A DNA stretch of 64,000 bases from a virus: positions 45,531 through 109,530 of IMG/VR virus record IMGVR_UViG_3300036861_001106, one strand, 5' to 3'. Each line of letters starts with the position of its first letter. The first letter of the stretch is position 1. Under the pieces are notes generated by a model that worked only from the letters and a program-made list of their open reading frames with translations, was not told where the DNA came from and did no database searches. Positions 38,370 through 46,631 of this stretch are shown here, in pieces. Both the position numbers and the translations under genes were made by a program.

Positions 38370-39264
38370 TTATGTATGGGGTTCCTTTGAGGATTATAGG
38401 CCCATGAGGAACCCGAAATTGCGATCGTGTTTCGTTATTCACATGTAGGTTCCAGCAGTAACCTAGCGTTCTAACGTGGTCGACGATTGCGTTGCCGCTA
38501 AGACGAGATTGCAGCAGGGCCTCATGGAATCGGTGGCGGGGATCTTCGCGTTTGAGCCCATCATTGAGCGCAACGCTCCTTAAGAAGGGCTCTGCAATTC
38601 TAGGGCAGTGTCTTAGAATTGCGAGGCAGAACGCCAGGTTGTGACTCGTTGTTAGCCTAATCCGAATTGCCGTGTTGCACCCTTCCATGGCATATCCAAG
38701 AGATTCACCTGCTTGTAGGAATTGCCTGGAAAGTTCGACGCGTTCGATCCGCGACATTGGAACCTTCAGCATTCCCTTTTTCATCATGGAAGAGTGGCTA
38801 AATCCGACCAGTAAGAATGGCATCGCCGAGTGCAGTCGCGATCGAATTCGACTGGGAATCATGCTCAGATCCTTTTCTTCGATCCCCTTGAGGATCTCAT
38901 GGGCGTCTCGGCGTGTTCCTGGCTCGGTATCGAAGTGCGCCCATAATGCCTTTCGGTCTTCCTCGCTTGGAACGTTGTAATACAGCAGTGTGCATCGCAG
39001 GGGATGCGACGCCTTTGTCGTGCTGACGCAGCGGTGAAAGCCGTCGATCAGGCGTACGTCGTTATCGACCTGGCAGAGGGTTAAAGCAGTGAGTGGAAAC
39101 CGACCAGTATTGATCATCCGAATCATCGATTTGATGCTGGCCTCCTTCAGGGGTCTCTGCCACACGTAGTGAAAATCGTCAACAAAACGCTGTGCCATTT
39201 TAGCGTCCAGCAAAAGATGTTCTGATCGGTGGCTGATTACTCTTGTGTCGTGCATGGTCATCAT
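38350..39264 (-). CDS. ParB/Srx-like domain protein
   Basis: QRPL...LIDGFHR motif; lower GC. Confidence 0.6.
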   Translation of the reverse strand: MMTMHDTRVISHRSEHLLLDAKMAQRFVDDFHYVWQRPLKEASIKSMIRMINTGRFPLTALTLCQVDNDVRLIDGFHRCVSTTKASHPLRCTLLYYNVPSEEDRKALWAHFDTEPGTRRDAHEILKGIEEKDLSMIPSRIRSRLHSAMPFLLVGFSHSSMMKKGMLKVPMSRIERVELSRQFLQAGESLGYAMEGCNTAIRIRLTTSHNLAFCLAILRHCPRIAEPFLRSVALNDGLKREDPRHRFHEALLQSRLSGNAIVDHVRTLGYCWNLHVNNETRSQFRVPHGPIILKGTPYIIAHNDE

Positions 39265-39275
39265 CTCATTCCTCC

Positions 39276-40262
39276 TCAGTCTTTCAACAAACGCTCCGCT
39301 AGGGCGCGGCGCATCTCCGGCGGCAGTTGTCTGGCGACGCACTCGACGAGGCGCGCACAGGTCTCGTTGTCGTAGTAGCGAAACAGGGTCCTTGCGTGGT
39401 CCGGGACCGGATCTGCTTCTGTAGCTTTTTCCACGGGGACTCCTGCCACCTTCTGGCGTTCTCTCTCTGTGCAAGCGTCGTGCCACTTCTTGGCTTCACG
39501 TACTTCTCGATCGAGTTTAAGTCGCTCTTCGCGTTGGCGTTCCTTTCGTCGGTCGTCCGCTGTCCAAAGTTCGGAGGTTGTGGAGGTTTTCGGCTTCATC
39601 TCCTCCTTTCCTCGCGTGCGTGCCTCGCGCGACGCTGTGTAAGTTGTCTTTCGGCCTGCCTTGACCTCCGCGTACAGCTCGGGTGCGTCCTTTCTTACCT
39701 TCTCCAACTCCTGCAGCGCCCGTCCCTTCACCCCAAATGCTGCTGCCGCCAGGTCCCGCGCCCGCGTCCCGCACGTCGGGGCCTCCGGTGCCTGCTCACC
39801 AGATTGTGGTGAAATCGCCACAATCTGGCTGAAGGTCCCCGACTCCTCGTCTCGCGGCTTCTGCAGTGCCTGCTCTCGGGCCTGCGCTGCCTTCTGCGCT
39901 GCAAGCTTCGCGGCGAAGTGTGGCTTCAGTTCCAGGGCGATTGCTTCCCGCTCTCCTGTGGTCAGGTGACGCCGGCTGAGATTCGCACGGATTACGAAGT
40001 CTAGCGCGGTATCGTTTCCAGTTGGCTCGAACTCCATGAAGGTAGGTTGGACATCCAGCTCAATGCAGACCGCATGTCGGTTTCGGCCATCCAGAATCTG
40101 GTTCTCGTAGAGTACGATTGGGAAGACGCTGTCGTAACCACGGTCGCACACGTTGAGCGCGAGTTTCTCTCGCTCTTCGGGTGTCATCAGTCGGAATGTG
40201 TCTGCCAGTGGGTGCGCCGTTAAGCCGCGCCAGTTGGCAATCTGAAAGCTTTTCTCACTCAT
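39276..40262 (-). CDS. ParB-like N-terminal domain protein with HTH
   Basis: HPLADTFRLM, PIVLYENQILDGRNR, ANLSRRHLT, RARDLAAAAFGV. Confidence 0.8.
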   Translation of the reverse strand: MSEKSFQIANWRGLTAHPLADTFRLMTPEEREKLALNVCDRGYDSVFPIVLYENQILDGRNRHAVCIELDVQPTFMEFEPTGNDTALDFVIRANLSRRHLTTGEREAIALELKPHFAAKLAAQKAAQAREQALQKPRDEESGTFSQIVAISPQSGEQAPEAPTCGTRARDLAAAAFGVKGRALQELEKVRKDAPELYAEVKAGRKTTYTASREARTRGKEEMKPKTSTTSELWTADDRRKERQREERLKLDREVREAKKWHDACTERERQKVAGVPVEKATEADPVPDHARTLFRYYDNETCARLVECVARQLPPEMRRALAERLLKD

Positions 40263-40278
40263 TTCTTTCTTCTCCTGA

Positions 40279-42021
40279 TCACCCTGCTGCAAGTGCCGTG
40301 CCATCGCTGACCAGCGTCTTGATCAGGTCCACCCGCTTCTTCCTTGCTGCATCAATGTCCTCGTCGATCGTGCCCTGCAGGATGAGGTCGTAGATGACGT
40401 ACGACCGCCTTCTTCCTAGCCGGTGGCCCCTGTCCTCGCTTTGTAGTCGCTCCAGGATCTGGAAGGTGCCGGAGTGGTAGATGAGGACGTCCGCCGCTGG
40501 CGCGTCGATGCCGTACGCCCCGGCGCTGACGTTGATCACCAGGATCCGCAGGCTGTCCCCCCGGTCCCCGAAGCGACCCAGGGCTACCTCGCGCGCCGCC
40601 GGCTTCGTGCGACCGTCAATGGCCCCCACTGCGAGCCCTGCCGCCTGTAGCTCACCCACCACGCGATCCAGCTCCGGTTGGAAGCGCGTCCAGACGATGA
40701 TCTGTGCGTCGCTATTCTCAATCGTCTCCAGACAGAACTGCAGCACCCACTCTGTCTTTGGACTTGGTAGCAGGTCCACTCGCCCCTCATCCTCGCCCTC
40801 CACCTCCGTCAGGGGCAGCAGCCCCGCTGTCACCTGCTGCTGCCGCGTGCAGCGTGCGATGGCGGAGGCGATCGTCAGCGTTCCCTTCCTACCATCCGCC
40901 AACGCGGTCTCCAGCCCGTACTGCCCGGTCACCTGCTGGTACACCTTCGCCTGCGCGGGGCTCATCTTCAGGCGCACCTCACGGTAGGTCTTCGGCGGCA
41001 TGTCCGTCACCGCCGCCTTGGTGGCCCGGTAGGCGGTGCGGTACATCCTGTCCACCAGCTCCGGCAGCTTGTCCGTGCGGACGCCCACGCACTGCCACCC
41101 GGTGAAGCCCCCCAGGTGGCAGTACCGCTTCATGAACGACCAGTAGCTGCCCGGGAACACGGTGGGGTCGGTGAACTGGAACTGCGCCCAGAGGTCGCCC
41201 GGGTCCGCGCCCATCGGCGTGCCCGTCAGGGTCACCCGCCAGCGGGCTGCCCTGGCCACCTTGCGGGCTGCGCGGGAGACCTGGGAGGTTCGTCCCCGGA
41301 TGCGGCTGGCCTCGTCAGCGACGATGAGGTCCAGTTTCCCCGCCAGCGCCGCCAGCTCCTCCTGCAGGAGGTACAGCACGTCCCAGTTGAGGATCAGGAT
41401 TGTTGGGTCAAGCTGCTCCTGCCGGGCCAGGGCCTTGAGCAGCCTGCCGCGCTCGACCACGGGCCCGGTGAGAACCAGCACCTCGGCGCCCGGGTAGCCG
41501 TTCGTGGCGCACACGCGCCACTGCTCCATGATGACCTTCGGGCACAGCACCAGCACGAGCCCGCACCGCAGCGCACGCATCAGGTCGGTCGCAAGTCTGC
41601 TCTTGCCCATGCCCATGTCGAGCCAGCACCCGAAGCCATGGCCACCCTGGCCGAACACGCGGAGGCACTCTGCCAGGCACTCAACCTGGTGGCGGAACGG
41701 TGGTGGCAAGCCTGGGGCTGGCTCGGGGTAGTGGGCCTCCCACGCCGTGGCGCTCGGCAGCAGCTCCGCCCGCAGGGCGAGGTACGCGTCCTCCACCCCG
41801 TCGAGCTTGCCGACCGTCTCCAGCATGCGCAGCGCCGTCACCGTCGGGGGCAGCAGCAGCACCGCGCGCTCCCCAGCCGAGCCAAGCGCGTAGCGTGCCC
41901 CCGGCACTGCCTCCAGCAGCGCCAGTGCCCCCTCCGTCCCGACGTAGGCAAGCTTGCCGCCAATCACCCCGGCGCGCGGGTGTGGCACGACAGCGCGGTG
42001 GCGCGCCTCCTTGACCTCCAT
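40279..42021 (-). CDS. SNF2-family helicase
   Basis: DMGMGKS, IVADEA, LTGTP, QSEDRGHRLG. Confidence 0.92.
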   Translation of the reverse strand: MEVKEARHRAVVPHPRAGVIGGKLAYVGTEGALALLEAVPGARYALGSAGERAVLLLPPTVTALRMLETVGKLDGVEDAYLALRAELLPSATAWEAHYPEPAPGLPPPFRHQVECLAECLRVFGQGGHGFGCWLDMGMGKSRLATDLMRALRCGLVLVLCPKVIMEQWRVCATNGYPGAEVLVLTGPVVERGRLLKALARQEQLDPTILILNWDVLYLLQEELAALAGKLDLIVADEASRIRGRTSQVSRAARKVARAARWRVTLTGTPMGADPGDLWAQFQFTDPTVFPGSYWSFMKRYCHLGGFTGWQCVGVRTDKLPELVDRMYRTAYRATKAAVTDMPPKTYREVRLKMSPAQAKVYQQVTGQYGLETALADGRKGTLTIASAIARCTRQQQVTAGLLPLTEVEGEDEGRVDLLPSPKTEWVLQFCLETIENSDAQIIVWTRFQPELDRVVGELQAAGLAVGAIDGRTKPAAREVALGRFGDRGDSLRILVINVSAGAYGIDAPAADVLIYHSGTFQILERLQSEDRGHRLGRRRSYVIYDLILQGTIDEDIDAARKKRVDLIKTLVSDGTALAAG

Positions 42022-42023
42022 CG

Positions 42024-42320
42024 TTACTCGCCCGCCAGCTCGTCGGTCCTGGCCTGCTCCTCCGCCACGCGCAGCTCCTCGGCGCGGGTGACCAGCTTGT
42101 GCACGCGGCTGCCGACGCCGCCGCTGCCTCCTAGCTTGCCGATCTTCTGAAAGTGCTGCACGCCATGGCGCGCCTTCGTCGTCGTGCCACCCTTCTTGCC
42201 GATTGCCGCGTAGAACTCACTGCCGTGCCTGTTTCGACAGGCAGTGCCCCGGAGGTGCATTGTGTCACGACATGTCGCCTGGCCCGCGTTCGGGTTCTTC
42301 GCGTTTGGTCTCGCCATCAT
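42024..42320 (-). CDS. KGG-repeat (GsiB/YciG-like) small protein
   Basis: HGSEFYAAIGKKGG, HGVQHFQKIGKLGG. Confidence 0.7.
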   Translation of the reverse strand: MMARPNAKNPNAGQATCRDTMHLRGTACRNRHGSEFYAAIGKKGGTTTKARHGVQHFQKIGKLGGSGGVGSRVHKLVTRAEELRVAEEQARTDELAGE

Positions 42321-42351
42321 CCTCTCCTCGCCCTGCGAGGGCTGAAAATTG

Positions 42352-42426
42352 CGCTTGCTTTAGTCTACCGACGCTTGCTTCCAACGTCAAGTCTCCTTGA
42401 CAAAACGCTTGCTTCGCGGGCACAAT
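42352..42426. promoter_or_regulatory. back-to-back sigma70 promoters with three CGCTTGCTT boxes
   Basis: (-) TTGACG-17-TAGACT 42390-42362; (+) TTGACA-18-CACAAT 42397-42426; boxes at 42352, 42372, 42406. Confidence 0.75.
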
Positions 42427-42449
42427 CAGGTGAGGAGGCTTCCCTGCTG

Positions 42450-43205
42450 ATGAGTGCTGACGCGCCCGAGACCCCCCGCGACGGTGAGTACCTCCCGACG
42501 TCCGCCGAGGCTGCCCTGCAGTTCCAGTCCCTGCGCGTGCTGCGGTTTGCGGAGGAGTACGTGCGGTGCGGCAACATGCAGGAGGCAGCGCGCCGCGCCG
42601 GCTTCACCGGGAGTGAGCCGCAGCTTCGACGGTGTGCCCAGCGACTGCTGGCCCGCGAGGACGTGGGGAACTACGTGGTCGCGCACCTGCGCTCCATCGT
42701 CTCGCCCGCCGAGGCGGGGGCCATCCTCTCCTCCATCATCCGCGGTTCGATGGGATTCTTCATCGACATCACGGAGGAGGGCACCCCCGTGCTGAACCTC
42801 AACAAGCCCGAGGCCCAGGCCAACCTGCACCTCATCAAGCGGCTCAAGCCAACTAAGCTGGGCTTTGAGATCGAGCTTTGTGACAAGATGCCAGCGCTTG
42901 CCCTCTACGCCAAGTACGCGCCGCCGCTCGACCAGCGCGCGATGCAGCGCCGCGCGGTGGAGGAGCTGCTGCAGGCTCTCCCGCCGAAGCTACGGGATGA
43001 GGCGCGGGAGGCGCTGTGTCAGGACCATGGCGCCAACCTCCAGGTCAGTGAGGGGCCTGACGGGGGTGACATGGCCAGCGCCGCTGCCGAGGTGGATCTC
43101 TCTTGGCTAAGACCGGAGGAGGAAGCAGCAGCAGCTACCACTACCACTCCCACTCCCACTGTTGCTCCAGCCCCTGAGGTAGAGGATGAGCCTGAATCTT
43201 GGTGA
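42450..43205 (+). CDS. terS: terminase small subunit
   Basis: FAEEYV.CGN..EAARRAGF...QRLL; IKRLK....GFEIELCDK; upstream of terL. Confidence 0.85.
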   Translation: MSADAPETPRDGEYLPTSAEAALQFQSLRVLRFAEEYVRCGNMQEAARRAGFTGSEPQLRRCAQRLLAREDVGNYVVAHLRSIVSPAEAGAILSSIIRGSMGFFIDITEEGTPVLNLNKPEAQANLHLIKRLKPTKLGFEIELCDKMPALALYAKYAPPLDQRAMQRRAVEELLQALPPKLRDEAREALCQDHGANLQVSEGPDGGDMASAAAEVDLSWLRPEEEAAAATTTTPTPTVAPAPEVEDEPESW

Positions 43206-44943
43206 GCAGATTGCGGGGTACATTCGCTCGCTGATTCCCGCATCTGACCTCTCCTCCGCCATCGGCTCCGACGAGCGCGAGGCGTGGCGGCAGCGGTACT
43301 GGTCGGACCCTGTCCTCTTTGCGCGTGACCACTACCGGTGGCACAACGACCGGTGGCTCGCGGCTTACCAGCAGGACATCCTGCGCCGGCTCCACACCCA
43401 CAAGCGCGTTGCTGCCTACGGACCCCGCTCGTTTGGCAAGACGGCGACCGTTGCCCACGCTTGCCTTCACTTCTGTCTCACCCGCGACGGCTTCACTGAC
43501 TGGAAGATCCCCACCACCGCTGGCGGCTACCGGCAGCTTGAGAAGTACCTGTGGCCCGAGCTGCACAAGTGGGCGCGCCTCCTGCGGTGGGACAAGCTCT
43601 GGCGCAAGCCCTTCTCGCGCCGTGACGAGCTGATGAAGCTCTCCCTGGAGGGGGAGACCGGCTCCGCCTTCGCCGTGGCCTCTGACGACGCCGCCCTCAT
43701 TGAGGGCGCACACGCCACGCAGATGCTGTTCATCTTCGATGAGTCGAAGAGCATTCCCGACTCCGTCTTCGATTCTGTGGAGGGCATGCTGGCCGGCGCC
43801 GGCCTTGATGACCAGGAGGCGTACCTCCTGGCGACCTCCTCCCCCGGCGACGTCAGCGGGCGCTTCTGGGCCATCTGCGACCGGCAGGAGAAGTTCGCCG
43901 ACTGGGACGTGCGGGAGGTGCGCATCGAGGAGGCCATCGCCGCGCGCCGCGTCAGCGCTGACTGGGCGCAGAAGCGCATGCTGCAGTGGGGGTACAGCTC
44001 CACCCTCTTCCAGAACCACGTCCTCGGCCGCTTCGCCAGCGCCGCCAGCGACGGCGTCATCCCCAGCTTCTGGGTCGAGGAGGCGCAGGCGCGGGGCCCG
44101 CAGGAGGCGCGTGGGCCCGCCGACGGCGCCAGCGTCGTCAACTTCGGGGTGGACGTGTCGCGCGGTGGGCGCAACGAGACCGTGATTGCCGTCCGCCGGG
44201 GCTGGGCCATCATCGACCTCATCGCCTGGCAGGACAACGACACCCTCAAGGTGGTCAAGCGGGTCAAGGAGGCAGCCGCGAAGTACCGCCCCGCCGCCAT
44301 CATCATCGACGCGGTGGGTGTGGGTGCTGGCGTGTTCGACGTCCTGCGCGACGAGGACTTCCCGGTGGTGTCCTTCCACGGCGGCGAGGCTGCGCCGGGT
44401 CCTGACTCCACCGGGGAGGTTGAGTTCCTGAACTTTCGCGCCTGGGCCTGGTGGCACCTGCGCGAGCTGCTCAACCCCCACGGGCCCGTCAAGCTCTCCC
44501 TGCCCGAGGATCGTGTCCTCCTCACGCACTTGACGGTCGGGACCTACAGCAAGGTGGGTGACCGGCTCAAGCTGGAGAGCAAGGAGGAGATCGAGAAGCG
44601 CCTGCGGAAGCTGAACCCCAACCCCGAGGAGAGCTGCTCCCCCGACCGCGGCGACGCCGTCGTCATGTGCTTCTCGGACGACAGCACCAGCAACTTCGCC
44701 ACCCTCTACACCGTCCACACCGCCGCCTCCCTCGCCGTCGAGGCGCCCCGCCTGCAGGGTCTCCCCACGTCGCCCGTTGCCCTCACCCCCACCGCTGCGA
44801 CCGCAGCGTTCGTCGCGCGGGAGCAGTGGTACGCGGCGCAGCAGGCTGCGCGGGAGAAGCAGGCGCGCCCGCTGGAACAGCAGCTCGACAGCCTGTTGTG
44901 GCAGCGGGCGCACCGGAACCACGACGTTTGGAACCAGGACTGA
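43186..44943 (+). CDS. terL: terminase large subunit
   Basis: GPRSFGKT, FIFDES, NFGVDVSRGGRNET, IDAVGVGAGV, SPDRGDA. Confidence 0.92.
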   Translation: MSLNLGEQIAGYIRSLIPASDLSSAIGSDEREAWRQRYWSDPVLFARDHYRWHNDRWLAAYQQDILRRLHTHKRVAAYGPRSFGKTATVAHACLHFCLTRDGFTDWKIPTTAGGYRQLEKYLWPELHKWARLLRWDKLWRKPFSRRDELMKLSLEGETGSAFAVASDDAALIEGAHATQMLFIFDESKSIPDSVFDSVEGMLAGAGLDDQEAYLLATSSPGDVSGRFWAICDRQEKFADWDVREVRIEEAIAARRVSADWAQKRMLQWGYSSTLFQNHVLGRFASAASDGVIPSFWVEEAQARGPQEARGPADGASVVNFGVDVSRGGRNETVIAVRRGWAIIDLIAWQDNDTLKVVKRVKEAAAKYRPAAIIIDAVGVGAGVFDVLRDEDFPVVSFHGGEAAPGPDSTGEVEFLNFRAWAWWHLRELLNPHGPVKLSLPEDRVLLTHLTVGTYSKVGDRLKLESKEEIEKRLRKLNPNPEESCSPDRGDAVVMCFSDDSTSNFATLYTVHTAASLAVEAPRLQGLPTSPVALTPTAATAAFVAREQWYAAQQAAREKQARPLEQQLDSLLWQRAHRNHDVWNQD

Positions 44944-45026
44944 CCCCCCCCACCCTTCCTCGCGGATCCCTCTTCGTCGTCAGGGGCACTCCGTCTGAAA
45001 ATTTGGGGTCAGGATTCAGCATTTTT

Positions 45027-45515
45027 TCAGGCTGGGTGATTAGCGCATATCTTTCTTGCCATTTCAATAAACTCATCATCGGACATTGATGATTTTATGA
45101 TGTTTATCCTCCAACAACACAGGACGGTATTCTCTTTGGTATACCCTTTAGTGACCTTTTTTCGGCTTACGGATACACAAGCCGGATCGTTTCTTTTTAT
45201 CGTCATTTGTTCTCCTGTATAGTAGCAAAGTCCTTTTTGCAACTCCCAAAGTACTTTTAAGTGGTTCTCATCGATGTCAAAACTTAAATTTTGACACTTT
45301 GCTCTTGCCCTTGCTGATAAGAATCTGTAGTGAAAGATCGCTGTCTGTGCCCAAGTCTTGGATTGGGTTTTATACTTCTCATTGCTCGTCCGGTAGTACT
45401 TCAAGCTTGTGCACTTCTTGCACCGCCCCTTTACCGTCTCATAGAAGCAGTCTGGATCTTGGCAGCCACACTCTTTGCACAAGTGCGGCCTCGGCTTGGA
45501 GCCTCTTTTCCCCAT
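45027..45515 (-). CDS. His-Me finger endonuclease-like protein, AT-rich, possibly inactive
   Basis: QKGLCYYTG...SVSRKK...GYTKENTVLCC..IN..K (the usual SxDR reads SVSR). Confidence 0.7.
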   Translation of the reverse strand: MGKRGSKPRPHLCKECGCQDPDCFYETVKGRCKKCTSLKYYRTSNEKYKTQSKTWAQTAIFHYRFLSARARAKCQNLSFDIDENHLKVLWELQKGLCYYTGEQMTIKRNDPACVSVSRKKVTKGYTKENTVLCCWRINIIKSSMSDDEFIEMARKICANHPA

Positions 45516-45783
45516 CGGATTACCCTGTCTGGTGGGGCAGAGCAGTGCCCCCTCCCTTTTTCAGCCTACTCGCCGAGCACCTGCGTGTAGCTCTCCCGGT
45601 ACTCAGCGTCATCGATGACCTTCTTCAACTCGTTCTTGTCGTTGAACAGCACCCAGTCGCCGGGCTGACCCAGGGTCACGCTGATTCCGCCAGCGACCTT
45701 CACTCGTAGGGGCTCCTCAAGCTGCACCGCGCTCAGCACGCTGGAGAGCTTCGTCACCTGCCGCATCGTTCCTCCTCTCAGGC

Positions 45784-45812
45784 AAGAAAAGGGGGTACCC
45801 GAGGGTACCCCC
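45784..45812 (-). terminator. intrinsic terminator
   Basis: GGGGGTACC-CTCG-GGTACCCCC followed by TTTTCTT. Confidence 0.75.
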
Positions 45813-45835
45813 GCTCAGTCAGCTAGCAGTCACAA

Positions 45836-46507
45836 CTAGGCCAGCTTCAGGACCGGCCACTTCTTGCGCTTCAGAAAGCCGAGTGCGCCGAACCCCAGCA
45901 GCCCCAGCGAGCAGGGCTCGGGGACCGGGTTAGGTAGGCAGTCGCCCTTGTCGTAGCGGAACTGTGCCATGGCGAAGTCCACGTCGGAGTGCGCCACGAC
46001 CTTCGAGAACAGCGCGCCGTCGTCCACCGAGGCGAACAGCCGTGCACCCGCCGCGCCATCCACGGGGCGCGTGATGCTGCCCAGCAGCACGTCACCGGCG
46101 TCGTAGAAGTCCGCCGTGATGTCATGCACCGCGAACGGGTTGGGCTCCGCCTCGAAGCCGAAGATGCTCGTCGGGGAGCTGAGGAGCATCGTGACCGAGG
46201 TGGCTCCCTTGGTCCACAGGACCGCGGGGGTGGCGCTCTCGCTGTCCGGGGGGCTGCTCCAGGTCGCCCAGCCGCCGCCCGGGACCGTCCGCTTCTGCAT
46301 CAAGGAAGAAAACGAGACGGTCTCCGTGCCGTCCGTGATCGAGCCGACGTCAGTGAAGTTGGGCAACCCACTGAAGTCGATCTTCGTGGTGACGAAGGTG
46401 TACAGCACGGACGGCGAGGAGATGTCCTCAAAGGTGGCGTGCGCCGGGCGGGGGCACGCCGCGCAGGTCAGCAGCAGCGACAGGGCGACCAACAGCTTGT
46501 GCTTCAT
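45836..46507 (-). CDS. PEP-CTERM surface protein
   Basis: signal peptide ending AHA; C-terminal VPEPCSLGLLGFGALGFLKRKK; SD GGAGGAG. Confidence 0.9.
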   Translation of the reverse strand: MKHKLLVALSLLLTCAACPRPAHATFEDISSPSVLYTFVTTKIDFSGLPNFTDVGSITDGTETVSFSSLMQKRTVPGGGWATWSSPPDSESATPAVLWTKGATSVTMLLSSPTSIFGFEAEPNPFAVHDITADFYDAGDVLLGSITRPVDGAAGARLFASVDDGALFSKVVAHSDVDFAMAQFRYDKGDCLPNPVPEPCSLGLLGFGALGFLKRKKWPVLKLA

Positions 46508-46631
46508 GTAACTCCTCCCCCTCGCGGGGCTGTCAGGGGCTCCTTGCGGAGCCAGTTCCTCACCCGGCGCGACCCTCTCACGGGTCCCTGGCGTCGGGCA
46601 ACTTGCTTGGTGCAACCTCCGTGCCAAACCG

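Noticed and set aside
28693-44943. Inteins in DnaE, helicases or TerL
   Set aside because: Motif spacing and lengths are normal; no intein splice-junction motifs seen.
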